From a virus: a DNA stretch of 64,000 nucleotides. This document shows, piece after piece, positions 9,479 to 18,956 of the stretch. Positions within the stretch are counted from its first letter, which is position 1. Each line of letters starts with the position of its first letter. The notes under the pieces are model-generated. The model ran no database searches. It was not told where the DNA came from and saw nothing but the letters and a program-made list of their open reading frames with translations. Made by a program: the position numbers and the translations under genes. Where the stretch lies: IMG/VR virus record IMGVR_UViG_3300019758_000001, positions 2,597-66,596 of that record; one strand, written 5' to 3'.

Positions 9479-9937
9479 TTAGCGCAAATCACCATCTCCT
9501 TTAATAACACCTCTTTCTAATCTAGATTGAAGCTTATCGATATTCATTTGAAGGATCTCTTCTAAATCAAGCCCGTAGTAAAACATTACACACAAAGCTT
9601 TAGTGGTAGGATGTTCTGTTCCGCATAGGAATTCAACGAACTTATCCTCTGTAATTTCAGCAGGAGTGTGATTATTATAATCATCCCAAACCCCGTACGC
9701 TTCTTTTAAAATATTATTCCCTTCTAAGAAGTCAATCTCAGATGTCATCCACATACAGTCACCAGCTTCTTTCTTTAGATCCTCCAAACCCAACTCTTTA
9801 TCTCCTCGAAAAGACTTGGCAATTTTTCCCACCAATTCTCCAATCTCTTCTTGTAATCCTAAATACGGGTAAGCTCTATGTTCGTATGATGCGAATTTAT
9901 GTGCTTCTTCTTGGTAATTGTGTCTTGTAATCTTCAT
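9479..9937 (-). CDS. mazG: MazG-like nucleoside triphosphate pyrophosphohydrolase
   Basis: GLQEEIGE...KKEAGDCMW...NIDKLQSR...GDGDLR. Confidence 0.9.
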   Translation of the reverse strand: MKITRHNYQEEAHKFASYEHRAYPYLGLQEEIGELVGKIAKSFRGDKELGLEDLKKEAGDCMWMTSEIDFLEGNNILKEAYGVWDDYNNHTPAEITEDKFVEFLCGTEHPTTKALCVMFYYGLDLEEILQMNIDKLQSRLERGVIKGDGDLR

Positions 9938-10004
9938 CTTGTTGTATATTTTTAAGTAAAAAGGACGACTAAAAAGCCACCCTAAGTTATTCATTATCAG
10001 TTAG

Positions 10005-10373
10005 TTAGAATGGGAGATCGTCCTCTTCTGGTGCAGGAGGCATGTCGGCAGCATTGAATTCTGGCATCGAAGCACTCGCAGCTTCACCTTTCTCAATTCT
10101 CCACGCTTCAAGATTCGAGAAGTAATTTACTTTCCCATCTTTCTCCCATTTACGTCCTTTGATATTAAAGTGAACCGTAATCATATCATCTACTGAGATA
10201 TCATCTAATAATTCACAGCGATCTTGAGTTGCTTGGAATTTAATAAAATCGTTCCAGTCAGGATTTCTTTCATTCTCAACTTCGATTACAAACTCTCTTT
10301 TCTTAAACTTATCACTAATCTGCTGTGTATCCTCTTTCAAGATAACTTTTCCTAATTGCTCGAAACTACTCAT
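10005..10373 (-). CDS. DUF3127 single-stranded DNA-binding-like protein
   Basis: FKKREFV...VHFNIKGRKW...YFSNLEAW and acidic DDLPF tail. Confidence 0.88.
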   Translation of the reverse strand: MSSFEQLGKVILKEDTQQISDKFKKREFVIEVENERNPDWNDFIKFQATQDRCELLDDISVDDMITVHFNIKGRKWEKDGKVNYFSNLEAWRIEKGEAASASMPEFNAADMPPAPEEDDLPF

Positions 10374-10378
10374 CTTAC

Positions 10379-10915
10379 TTATGCTTTTTTAATTAAATTA
10401 ATAAATTGTTCAATACTTACCTCTTCAAGGTTGTTAACTTCATCTCCATTCCATAAGCCATCCATGCCTAGCTTTATAATAGGCCATTCGCAGCTTAATG
10501 TCGCATTAGCCTCATCAACCAGCTCTGGCTTAACCGAATAAGCTCGAATAAAGTCAGCTTTACTCTTCGCAACACAATAAACATCCTCCAACTTAGGTTC
10601 AACCCAAAGTCCATCAGTGCAAACATAACCTCTCGATTTGAATTCTTCGATTTTACCTTCACGTTCAGATGCGTGGGCTTCTCTAATAGATTTCACTTCG
10701 ACTAATCCAACACCTTCAACTCCAATAAGACCTAGATCATCTAAACCTTCTCGCATCTGTAATATGGTATTTTCATTTACTACGACAAAGTCACCTTTCT
10801 TTGGCTCATATTCGTCTTTAATAGGCTTCATAATTACTTCGACATCCATTTTCAGGTCAGTCTCTTTAAGGAAATCAACAATTCCCTCTAATGTTTTAAT
10901 TTGATTCTCATTCAT
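10379..10915 (-). CDS. Hypothetical protein
   Basis: ORF after TAGATTTG promoter (10942-10949). Confidence 0.7.
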   Translation of the reverse strand: MNENQIKTLEGIVDFLKETDLKMDVEVIMKPIKDEYEPKKGDFVVVNENTILQMREGLDDLGLIGVEGVGLVEVKSIREAHASEREGKIEEFKSRGYVCTDGLWVEPKLEDVYCVAKSKADFIRAYSVKPELVDEANATLSCEWPIIKLGMDGLWNGDEVNNLEEVSIEQFINLIKKA

Positions 10916-10949
10916 TTTCTTTTGTTTTTATTAGTACATGACAAATCTA

Positions 10950-11450
10950 CTACTTCTCTTTTAATAATGCAAGCAAATTTGAAAATAAAATCGTTTTTAC
11001 ACCAGTTTTTTTTATGTAGTCCATTACAAACTGAGCAGGAATGCCCTTTCCACGACCTTCTATGTAATCCCAAAACATTTCAACTGATGTTATAAATGCA
11101 CCTTGACCACACTTTTCTACTATGAACTTGGCTTGATTATAAACATGCAAACTGTCATGTCTTGAGTTTTCGGTTTTTAATTCAAGTCCATGACATCTGT
11201 GATTACTAAACCACATTAAGTCTGAAACTGATTTACGCACTCCCATACCTAGTTTTGCAGCCCCCTCAGCTCCGTTCGATCCATTTGCATCATATCCTAT
11301 CAAATCATTTTCCCTCTCAGGATATCGGTCGTAATAAGCTACTACGATCGACTGTTGTAATTTCGACTCTGGTGGGAGATCTATTTTCTTTTTACGCTTC
11401 GCCATCATTTCGAGAGCCTCCTTGCGTGACGTGGGTTTCTTAGTTGCCAT
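10950..11450 (-). CDS. VRR-NUC (PD-(D/E)XK) nuclease, putative Holliday junction resolvase
   Basis: ESKLQ...GVRKSVSDL...GLELKT...Q. Confidence 0.8.
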   Translation of the reverse strand: MATKKPTSRKEALEMMAKRKKKIDLPPESKLQQSIVVAYYDRYPERENDLIGYDANGSNGAEGAAKLGMGVRKSVSDLMWFSNHRCHGLELKTENSRHDSLHVYNQAKFIVEKCGQGAFITSVEMFWDYIEGRGKGIPAQFVMDYIKKTGVKTILFSNLLALLKEK

Positions 11451-11523
11451 CCTTCAATATACAGAAAAAGCGGCAATCCACAAAGGAATTACCGCTTTAA
11501 TTGCAAAAATCAACAACAAATTT

Positions 11524-12177
11524 TTACCAACTGCCTTTAATAGTTTTCTCTCTTATACTTCTTATATATTCAGTATCAGAATTTATCAGCGCTGTGTTTT
11601 CTTCTAAATCAGAGTGGATGTATTCGAAAGACTTAATTCTGCTTGAATCACCAACGATATCTTTTAATAAGCCAATACAATTACTTGAAATCATTTTAGA
11701 TAAATCATCATTAATGTAGATATACATCAACTCGTCACACTTATACAACTCCTGCTCTTTCATCCATACTCCCAGCCAAGATTTATGATCGATATGGCAC
11801 GATGCTACAATCTTATCGTAATCCCATGCAGTAAGGAATTCTTCTGGCTTTCTAGATATATCTTCTAAATATACGCAATCTGGTGTTTTATCTTGATCTT
11901 TTCTAAATGAAAATCTACTTCTATTATTAAAGTAAAATCTCATACAAGATTCTTTATATTCTGCATCACTAAAAACATCGATAGCACTATCTCTAGTCCA
12001 TTTAGACGCATTTGAATCATCCCAGTATTCTCCGTAAAAACCAGCTTTTCTCGCATTATGTCTTGCATGTAACATCATAGCAGTAGTCATACCACCACCT
12101 CTTCCTGCTCCGATTAAAATAAAATCTGCCTTAGATTCTAATACTTTTTGTTGCATTCCTTTTTGTGCTGTAATCAT
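11524..12177 (-). CDS. Degenerate paralog of the terminase large subunit ATPase domain
   Basis: Colinear with this genome's TerL: QKGMQ/QQGMQ, GAGRGGGMT/GGSRGGGKS, VYLED/IYIDE, ASCHIDHKSWL/GSCNPNVDSWL, IKSFEYIHSDLEEN/IKSFVFIKGDLAEN. Confidence 0.85.
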   Translation of the reverse strand: MITAQKGMQQKVLESKADFILIGAGRGGGMTTAMMLHARHNARKAGFYGEYWDDSNASKWTRDSAIDVFSDAEYKESCMRFYFNNRSRFSFRKDQDKTPDCVYLEDISRKPEEFLTAWDYDKIVASCHIDHKSWLGVWMKEQELYKCDELMYIYINDDLSKMISSNCIGLLKDIVGDSSRIKSFEYIHSDLEENTALINSDTEYIRSIREKTIKGSW

Positions 12178-12194
12178 CTCTTTTGTTTTAGTTT

Positions 12195-12236
12195 ATGTGA
12201 ATATAAGTAAAAATCCCCACCGAAGCAAGGATTTTA
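12195..12236 (-). promoter_or_regulatory. Terminator hairpin overlapping a promoter for the TerL paralog
   Basis: Minus strand AAAATCCTTGCTTCGGTGGGGATTTTT followed by TATATTCAC. Confidence 0.55.
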
Positions 12237-12240
12237 ATGA

Positions 12241-13794
12241 TTATTTATACTGCCTAATTAGTCTGTAAATAAACGGGTATTTGTATCCCATCCTCAACAT
12301 CTCCTGCTTAAATTCCGCTTCACCCCTTCGAAACAAAGTTCGCCACACCCACGCTTGTTTGAAACCAGATAATTTCGCGTGAGCTTTTAACCCTTCAACT
12401 GTCATTTCATCAAAGCTATCAGCATCATTTTCGACAATCTCAATTAATTCTGCCCGCTTTTCAAGCTTGTGTCCTGAAAACCTGTGGCCGCACTTACAAA
12501 TATCAGCACTAGCTAAAACTAATCTACCACAACCATACTTACCTTTGGAATCTTTACTTTTAGGATCACACTCTTTCATTGATGGAACTCCCACTGTATC
12601 AGACTGTTCGTGAGCGAGTTCCCATTCGAAATCATCTTCCGACCTTCCTAATCGCTGAACATTTGTACCCATATCAAGAATAATACAATCTTTTTTACCT
12701 TTAGAAGCTCTAACACCCCTTGCGTATATTTGTATCATCAACGGGAGGCTCTGACTGGCTCTATTGATTATCACACAGCCTAAAGGTTTATAATCAAAAC
12801 CGATCGAGAGTATGGATATACAAATCACACCTTGAGCTACTCCATTCTCTAATGCTTTTTTAACATCAGATTGATTTATTGAATATTGCTTGTATTTCTG
12901 ATGAAGATCGTAAGTTTCTTTATAATCTAAATATCGCTCCCATCCAATCCCTTCTTTTTTCTCAGGTTCTTTTGGCTTGTTAATAGTAGATATCGTGTAG
13001 AATGTTTTAATTCCAGCTTTATTAAATTCAACCGTTGTACGAATAACATGGGCAATACTGGTGCAGAAACATAGGAATTGCCTATTCTCACCATGTTTTT
13101 TATATTGCGATATCACACCCTCGTAACGCTCAGGAGAATTAAAGTGTTCGTAATTAGATTTAGTTTGGAAATCACCAGTTGAATTATCAACCTTAATACC
13201 ACTAACGTCATCTGGAACTACAAAATATCTACATGGAACTAATCTGCCTTTCGCAATAAGTTCTTTTACAGAAATTGACGGAACTATAACGTCCCAATCT
13301 AATAATAATTGTCTCTGATTGCCTGATCTTCGGGGACTTCCAGAAAAACCCACCATTCTCGTATTATCAACTAATCCGCTTTCAAACAGGTAGTTACAAA
13401 AGCTTAAGTGTGCCTCGTCTATGAGAATTAAATCCAATGAGCTTACGAAATCACAATACTCTTGAGTTTTCATCCTAGACTGCAATGTTTGCAAAGAAGA
13501 GCAGTAGAGTAACTGATCTAAATCCGCATCTCGCTCATCATTAAGCACAATCATATCCTGCAAGCCATACTCTTCTAATGACTCATTATTTTGTCTAAGT
13601 AAAACCAATCTGTGACTAAGGACAAGAACCTTGCTCTTTTTAGCCACAGCCTGACTAGCAATATCCGCGATGCAGAAACTCTTCCCGCCACCACAAGGCA
13701 TTGTAGCCATTACGTGCGGAAATTTAGTTAGTGCATTACGGATATCATTAACGAACTTCTTCTGATAATCGAATAGTTCTATTTTACTCATCAA
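12241..13794 (-). CDS. Superfamily 2 DEAH helicase
   Basis: MPCGGGKS, LIDEAH, SGSP, GFDYK, QIYARGVR; C-terminal Cys cluster. Confidence 0.92.
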   Translation of the reverse strand: MMSKIELFDYQKKFVNDIRNALTKFPHVMATMPCGGGKSFCIADIASQAVAKKSKVLVLSHRLVLLRQNNESLEEYGLQDMIVLNDERDADLDQLLYCSSLQTLQSRMKTQEYCDFVSSLDLILIDEAHLSFCNYLFESGLVDNTRMVGFSGSPRRSGNQRQLLLDWDVIVPSISVKELIAKGRLVPCRYFVVPDDVSGIKVDNSTGDFQTKSNYEHFNSPERYEGVISQYKKHGENRQFLCFCTSIAHVIRTTVEFNKAGIKTFYTISTINKPKEPEKKEGIGWERYLDYKETYDLHQKYKQYSINQSDVKKALENGVAQGVICISILSIGFDYKPLGCVIINRASQSLPLMIQIYARGVRASKGKKDCIILDMGTNVQRLGRSEDDFEWELAHEQSDTVGVPSMKECDPKSKDSKGKYGCGRLVLASADICKCGHRFSGHKLEKRAELIEIVENDADSFDEMTVEGLKAHAKLSGFKQAWVWRTLFRRGEAEFKQEMLRMGYKYPFIYRLIRQYK

Positions 13795-14095
13795 TATTGC
13801 CTATCAGTGAGTCGAACTGTTTATTAGTCCAATTAGCAGCCCTAAATATATAATCTGTTATTTTTAAATCCTTATCGACTATGTAATTAACACAACTAAG
13901 TATCGCGAAAATAACACTAAGTATAAATTCTAATATTAATAACAATAATCCACACACCATTACAGTTATAAGTATTATTATTCTCCTAATTACTCTCACA
14001 CCTCTCTTATTTTTTTCGTTAATTAAAGACGCGAGATTATCCCACGCCTTATTGAACTGATCTAATGCTTCTGCTAAAGTTCTATGTCGCTCCAT
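13784..14095 (-). CDS. Hypothetical membrane protein
   Basis: Long hydrophobic segment. Confidence 0.65.
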   Translation of the reverse strand: MERHRTLAEALDQFNKAWDNLASLINEKNKRGVRVIRRIIILITVMVCGLLLLILEFILSVIFAILSCVNYIVDKDLKITDYIFRAANWTNKQFDSLIGNIDE

Positions 14096-14655
14096 ATCAC
14101 ACCCTTCTTATATAATTGATACATTATCTCAGCTTCATGTATCGCATCATCTCCTGCTCTATGGATTTCCTTATATCCAGTGTTCTCTCCCATTAAGTGA
14201 ACCCAAGCTTCATCAACCGATGCGAATTTACCACGACCACGACCACTCTTATAGGGCAGGTCAAACCATTTAGCAGAAGTCTTCATAGGACATGGTAATT
14301 CATTTGGTAATGAAAATCCACGACTACGCAACCACCCGCAATCGAAACTACTGTTCCAAAAACTAATGTTTTCGTACTTATCTAAAATGGACTGAATTTC
14401 TTGCTCGTAAACTTCAAAAGGCTCACTGACACGAACTTCTTCATGTGTCATATATCCGTTTTCGAACAACCAAGCTTTTCGATCTTTAGCTGACAATCCT
14501 TTTTCTCGGAACACTTCATCGAATAACGGCTTTATTTTTCCATTCTTTAGGTTTAATTCGACAAGTCCGACTTCAAGCAAGCATCCCTTACTTGGCTGTA
14601 AATCAGTGGTCTCCACATCACCGATCAAAACAAAATTACTACTTTTCTTTTTCAT
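14074..14655 (-). CDS. DEDDh 3'-5' exonuclease (DnaQ-like)
   Basis: DVETT, WNSSFD, HRAGDD. Confidence 0.9.
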   Translation of the reverse strand: MKKKSSNFVLIGDVETTDLQPSKGCLLEVGLVELNLKNGKIKPLFDEVFREKGLSAKDRKAWLFENGYMTHEEVRVSEPFEVYEQEIQSILDKYENISFWNSSFDCGWLRSRGFSLPNELPCPMKTSAKWFDLPYKSGRGRGKFASVDEAWVHLMGENTGYKEIHRAGDDAIHEAEIMYQLYKKGVIWSDIEL

Positions 14656-14661
14656 ATCTCT

Positions 14662-14982
14662 TTATTTTAACATTTCAATCCAAACTTCAGTAATCTTAAT
14701 CTGCTCCTTATAAAATTCACAAACACAATTGTCATAATCGAAATCCATCCAGTCATAATGTTTCAATATGACTGAACTGTTCTCAGTAGTGGCATTTATA
14801 TCTTTAAATGTAATATTAACTCCAGAACCGTAACTTGTATAATTCATCGACACATCAAGTGATTCTGATCTAATTTTAGATAATATAATCTTACTGACCT
14901 TAATAATATTTGCATCAAGCTTCTTCTGTAATCTCTTAGCTTCTGCTTTTCTGTGATTTACTAATTCATCTGTTGCGAACAT
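14662..14982 (-). CDS. Hypothetical protein
   Basis: ORF in operon. Confidence 0.65.
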   Translation of the reverse strand: MFATDELVNHRKAEAKRLQKKLDANIIKVSKIILSKIRSESLDVSMNYTSYGSGVNITFKDINATTENSSVILKHYDWMDFDYDNCVCEFYKEQIKITEVWIEMLK

Positions 14983-14999
14983 ATTCTATTTTTTTATTA

Positions 15000-15188
15000 T
15001 TACATATAATCTTCTGGATCATGATCGGATTCTTCATATTCCCATTCGTGACCACAATCCATGCATCTAAACGCATCGCATTCCATCGAAACTTCATCCG
15101 ACTCGCATCTAGGACATGGATCTGGGTCGCTTTGATTCCAAGGAGCGTACTGATTGTCAGCTCCCATCGGATAGTTGAAATTATCCAT
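15000..15188 (-). CDS. Small zinc-ribbon protein
   Basis: NYPMGAD..APWN, CPRC...CMDCGH. Confidence 0.7.
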   Translation of the reverse strand: MDNFNYPMGADNQYAPWNQSDPDPCPRCESDEVSMECDAFRCMDCGHEWEYEESDHDPEDYM

Positions 15189-15384
15189 TCTGCACCTCCA
15201 CGAAAATAAAATTAGGCACTCCGAAAGGCCCAAGAAAATCGGTACATTCAAAATCTCCTAACTTAAGATCCATGCATCTATTTCGCTGACCATAGCATGA
15301 TTTGCAAGAGTCTTCTATGCGCTCTTCACATCTAAGCTTCACACCGTCAAGTTCGAATTCATCGCCAATTTCGTATTTTTTCAT
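15181..15384 (-). CDS. Hypothetical Cys-rich protein
   Basis: CKSC...C...C. Confidence 0.65.
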   Translation of the reverse strand: MKKYEIGDEFELDGVKLRCEERIEDSCKSCYGQRNRCMDLKLGDFECTDFLGPFGVPNFIFVEVQNG

Positions 15385-15424
15385 CTTATTTCGTTTTAGT
15401 TTCTGTAAATCTACGCAACCTTTA

Positions 15425-16201
15425 TTACAATTCTAAATAATTTTTATCTTTCCACCATTTATTTATATCCTTGGCTTTATATTTATATTCAGCCACAAGT
15501 AAGATGAATTCATAAACTCTAGGAATCCTATACTCTATCTGTTCGATTAAATCCTGAAACTCCTCTCGCTTATACTTAAATACTAATGCTCGATTATAAG
15601 GCAATCCAGTTTTATTATTTACATGGGCATTGTAGATACAGTAGTGAACTTCTGTGCAGTGTGGAGATGCGACTAAATGTGTTGCTAGTTGATATTCATA
15701 CTCAGCTTTAACATCCTCTTTTTTTGTCAGATTAGGATCGGTTAATGTTATGGCTTTAATTCTATTGCTGCATGACTTTATTTCACCAACAGCATACTCC
15801 TCACCATCTGAGTTAATCACAAAGTAGTCAGTCGAATCTCCTCCTGCTTCTCCTGCGTATGTTCTGAATTCGATTGCTCCATCAGAATGTGTTCCTGAAA
15901 TTATCGAGTCCATTCCAGAATTCTCTTCTAGCCATTCAATAGCCATAATCTCACCCATCTTCCCAAAATCAAGGCTGTATGCGTGGATTTGATCTGGCAT
16001 GTCATTCTCTCGAATATATGTAGCTTTCTCATTAATGTACGCTATAGCAGACACACCGAACTGAGGAGTTAAATCCTCCCCAGTTTTCTTGTCAACCTTT
16101 TTCTTGCCTTTTTTAAAGCAATTGTCAGTTTCCGATGCAGTTATTCTATGCGCACGATCAATAAGCCATTGGACTTCCTTATCGCTTAATTCTTCTTGCA
16201 T
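15425..16201 (-). CDS. YqaJ/lambda-exonuclease-like recombination nuclease
   Basis: WLIDR..RITAS, GKMGE, STD, GEIK, YEYQL. Confidence 0.8.
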   Translation of the reverse strand: MQEELSDKEVQWLIDRAHRITASETDNCFKKGKKKVDKKTGEDLTPQFGVSAIAYINEKATYIRENDMPDQIHAYSLDFGKMGEIMAIEWLEENSGMDSIISGTHSDGAIEFRTYAGEAGGDSTDYFVINSDGEEYAVGEIKSCSNRIKAITLTDPNLTKKEDVKAEYEYQLATHLVASPHCTEVHYCIYNAHVNNKTGLPYNRALVFKYKREEFQDLIEQIEYRIPRVYEFILLVAEYKYKAKDINKWWKDKNYLEL

Positions 16202-16743
16202 AATAGTTCTTTATCAGCTTTAGTTAATTCATATTTCTTCTCAACCATTTCAATCGTATTATTCTCATCTTCCAACCACTTAACGATATCAGCCCAGTTT
16301 TTTGATTCTGGAGTAAGCTTAATTTTCTTTACAGCTCCAGTTGCAGTAATCTTTGGTTGAGTTGGATAAACGTAAAGAATTTCACCCTCTCCATTTGGCT
16401 CTTGAGGGTTCTTTCCCCAAGTCGCACCGATTGTAACAGGAATATCCTTCCAAAAATCGGTGTCACGATACTTGAGTTTCCAATCCTTAACACCATCTTT
16501 TACCATTTTTCTCTGAACGAATGCAGCAATTTGCTTACTCATTTTTGAAGCTAGAATAATATCTCGCTTAATGAATTTATTTGGATAAAGCTTGATTACG
16601 AACTTATCTTTCTTACTCATTCCGAGCTTGCAGTTCATAACCTCTACAACCTCTTTAATTACTACGTCGCACTTAGGCTGCGGGAGATCCATTACTTGAA
16701 GATACTCCGACGTGCGCTTCTTGTGTTTTCTATAATCTGCCAT
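16186..16743 (-). CDS. Putative single-strand annealing partner of the exonuclease
   Basis: Adjacent to the YqaJ-like gene; SEYL...VVIKEV N-terminus; function inferred from position. Confidence 0.45.
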   Translation of the reverse strand: MADYRKHKKRTSEYLQVMDLPQPKCDVVIKEVVEVMNCKLGMSKKDKFVIKLYPNKFIKRDIILASKMSKQIAAFVQRKMVKDGVKDWKLKYRDTDFWKDIPVTIGATWGKNPQEPNGEGEILYVYPTQPKITATGAVKKIKLTPESKNWADIVKWLEDENNTIEMVEKKYELTKADKELLCKKN

Positions 16744-16744
16744 C

Positions 16745-17065
16745 TTATTCTTCCTCCTTTAAGTTAGTATATTTCACAAGTAATTCCCTAATTATATCCT
16801 CTAGAGCATCATCGCCCTCGCTTGAAATAGTGACTATATTGCCAAATTCTTCACATTCAACATCAATGTTATCACCAACTGCATCAGATATGCTGTCTAG
16901 AGTGTTTATTATTAAATCCTCGATGTCATCAGCTTTTCTAATCTCATCTAAAGCGTCACAATATCCACCCCAATTATCAACACCAGCAGCTTCTAACGCA
17001 TTCAATACAGCTTCAGATCGCTCCAACTCTTTAAGTCTACTCTTAGTTACTTTTACATCACTCAT
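16745..17065 (-). CDS. Hypothetical protein
   Basis: LNALEAAGVDNWGGY motif, common in phage proteins. Confidence 0.75.
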   Translation of the reverse strand: MSDVKVTKSRLKELERSEAVLNALEAAGVDNWGGYCDALDEIRKADDIEDLIINTLDSISDAVGDNIDVECEEFGNIVTISSEGDDALEDIIRELLVKYTNLKEEE

Positions 17066-17532
17066 TCTGAATCCTCCTTATTTTCAGTCATTAATTTCAC
17101 TTCTTCCAGTGCTTCATCCTGCTCATCATCTCCTATTACTTCTGCTGCTTTTTCTTGACACAGTTTAATATGCTCTTTGATCATATCGGTTGAAATCTTC
17201 AAATATGCATCGATATCTTCCTCTTTCATCTCAGTACCATTATATGCGTTTCTGACTAGATTAAAGAAGCTGTCGGTAGCGTAAATGATTTCTGCATTAT
17301 GACACATAGATGACATGTAATACATCGCTCTAACTTGCGTCTCCATGTGTTCTCGCATATCTTCTTTGTCGGATAGCTGTAGCAAATAAGAATGTAGGTA
17401 ATTCCCTACTCCTACAACTGTTTTCCACTGAAGAGATTTTGACTCGATCTCTAATTTCTCCTCACTGAAACGCAATTCGAATGCGTCTAGTTGGATTTTT
17501 TTTAGCGTTTGCTTACTGTTCTTTTTTGCCAT
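17062..17532 (-). CDS. Hypothetical protein
   Basis: ORF in operon. Confidence 0.7.
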   Translation of the reverse strand: MAKKNSKQTLKKIQLDAFELRFSEEKLEIESKSLQWKTVVGVGNYLHSYLLQLSDKEDMREHMETQVRAMYYMSSMCHNAEIIYATDSFFNLVRNAYNGTEMKEEDIDAYLKISTDMIKEHIKLCQEKAAEVIGDDEQDEALEEVKLMTENKEDSE

Positions 17533-17726
17533 TATAGTAACTCTTTTAGTTTTGATTTAGCCTCATTTATATCAGATTCCCATTTCTTAATTAAAATAGG
17601 TTTTACTAAATCCCAGTCTGAATCAGAAAGCATCATGCCAAGCCATTGTCTTGACGGAATATCTTGATTTATCTTCTTGGTGGTATCGTCTATGATTTCA
17701 GTAAGATTCTTGTATTCTTCATTCAT
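17532..17726 (-). CDS. Hypothetical protein
   Basis: ORF in operon. Confidence 0.65.
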   Translation of the reverse strand: MNEEYKNLTEIIDDTTKKINQDIPSRQWLGMMLSDSDWDLVKPILIKKWESDINEAKSKLKELL

Positions 17727-17769
17727 CTCATCTTATTTTAAGTTGGGGCATATTTCAGCCCCGTTAATA

Positions 17770-18348
17770 TTATTTCTCATTACCCCACTCATCCCTAGGT
17801 GTAATGTCAACTCCAATCTTCATCTGGTCGTTTACTTGGCTAAACTTCTTAACACTTTCTCTTATCCCTGCATTAACCTCATTGAGAGCATTAGTCGTAT
17901 TTTCAGTAATTCCCTCAACCACACTTTGTAGATTATATTCGAATACATCCATTATAGGACTCTCGGAAATAGCAGGGGTCTCATATGGCGCAATCATATC
18001 CGAAAGACACTCATCTAAGAACTCGTAGGCATGCTTTACGTTGTTTGCTTCTACTAGCATGTATTCCACTGTCTTCTTTTCTTTCCCACTATCAGAATCC
18101 ACATCAACGAATGTCACCTTAGTCTTAAAGAATCTGTCACCATCTGGATTACGGAATACCTGAGCGATATTAGATGGACTCATATTTGATATAATGAAAT
18201 CTCCTGAGATCATCTTCTCAAACTCCTTAGTCGCTAACGCCTCACCCTCTGTGAATGATACAGCATCGAATAAATAAGGCTCGGTTACCTTCTTAGTTTT
18301 TCCGTCCTCTAATGTTTTTTGGTACTTTACTTTAGTTTCGAACTTCAT
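17770..18348 (-). CDS. DUF4494 domain protein
   Basis: FETKVKYQKT..DGK.KKVTEPYLFDAVSFTEGE...ISESPIMDVF. Confidence 0.9.
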   Translation of the reverse strand: MKFETKVKYQKTLEDGKTKKVTEPYLFDAVSFTEGEALATKEFEKMISGDFIISNMSPSNIAQVFRNPDGDRFFKTKVTFVDVDSDSGKEKKTVEYMLVEANNVKHAYEFLDECLSDMIAPYETPAISESPIMDVFEYNLQSVVEGITENTTNALNEVNAGIRESVKKFSQVNDQMKIGVDITPRDEWGNEK

Positions 18349-18423
18349 CTTATTTTGTTTTAAATTGTTTTACAAATATAATGCACTCTTTTGAGTATTC
18401 CTAATTATTTTTAAGTTTTTTTA

Positions 18424-18648
18424 TCAGAACGGACAATCAGAGGTAATAGGCTTTCTTAATAGTGACCTAAGTCTTTTTAAACTCATAAACTTGCCATCTA
18501 TACAATATCCAATCATTCCATTTTTAGATATTTGCTTTATTCTTCTTCCTGTTCTTAAATTAAAACATTCGTTTAGCTCATTCCATACGTAATAAGGGTG
18601 AGTTGAAAGTTCATATTTTACTGTATAAGTTATTGAAAATGTTTTCGT
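18424..18648 (-). CDS. 74-aa basic protein without an N-terminal ATG (ACG start or pseudogene), next to the attI-like site
   Basis: Open frame TKTFSITYTVKYEL...CFNLRTGRRIKQ..NGMIGYCIDGKF.SL..LR...DCPF*; absent from the ORF track. Confidence 0.6.
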   Translation of the reverse strand, partial: TKTFSITYTVKYELSTHPYYVWNELNECFNLRTGRRIKQISKNGMIGYCIDGKFMSLKRLRSLLRKPITSDCPF

Positions 18649-18679
18649 TGATAGGAAGTTAAAGTTGTTTTATAAAGTA

Positions 18680-18838
18680 GTTACATGGCATTAGTCGAGT
18701 CTGGTTATTTTGTTTACTATTATGTTTTTAAACCCATTGTCTTCCAGCACCCTTACTGCGTCTTTGAGATTCTCGGCGTAAAACAAGTAATTGTCGTAGT
18801 CGTATTTGATCTTTATCATGCTTTTAACGCCATGTAAC
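18680..18838. mobile_element. Integron-like gene cassette 1 (42-aa ORF at 18691-18819, minus strand)
   Basis: Bounded by perfect inverted boxes GTTACATGGC (18680-18689) and GCCATGTAAC (18829-18838). Confidence 0.75.
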
Positions 18839-18923
18839 AACACCTAAATTGTATTGCCATGGTCTTTATTGGTTATTTGAAGTGTTTTTGGTCGGCAACA
18901 CAACTTAGCCTTGTCCATTAGAG
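18832..18923 (+). repeat. attC-like site
   Basis: TAAC, 5-nt spacer, arm CTAAATTGTATTGCC / arm GGCAACACAACTTAG, then ATTAGAG. Confidence 0.75.
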
Positions 18924-18956
18924 ATCATAACGCTAGCAAGCTAGCTTAAAATTCCT

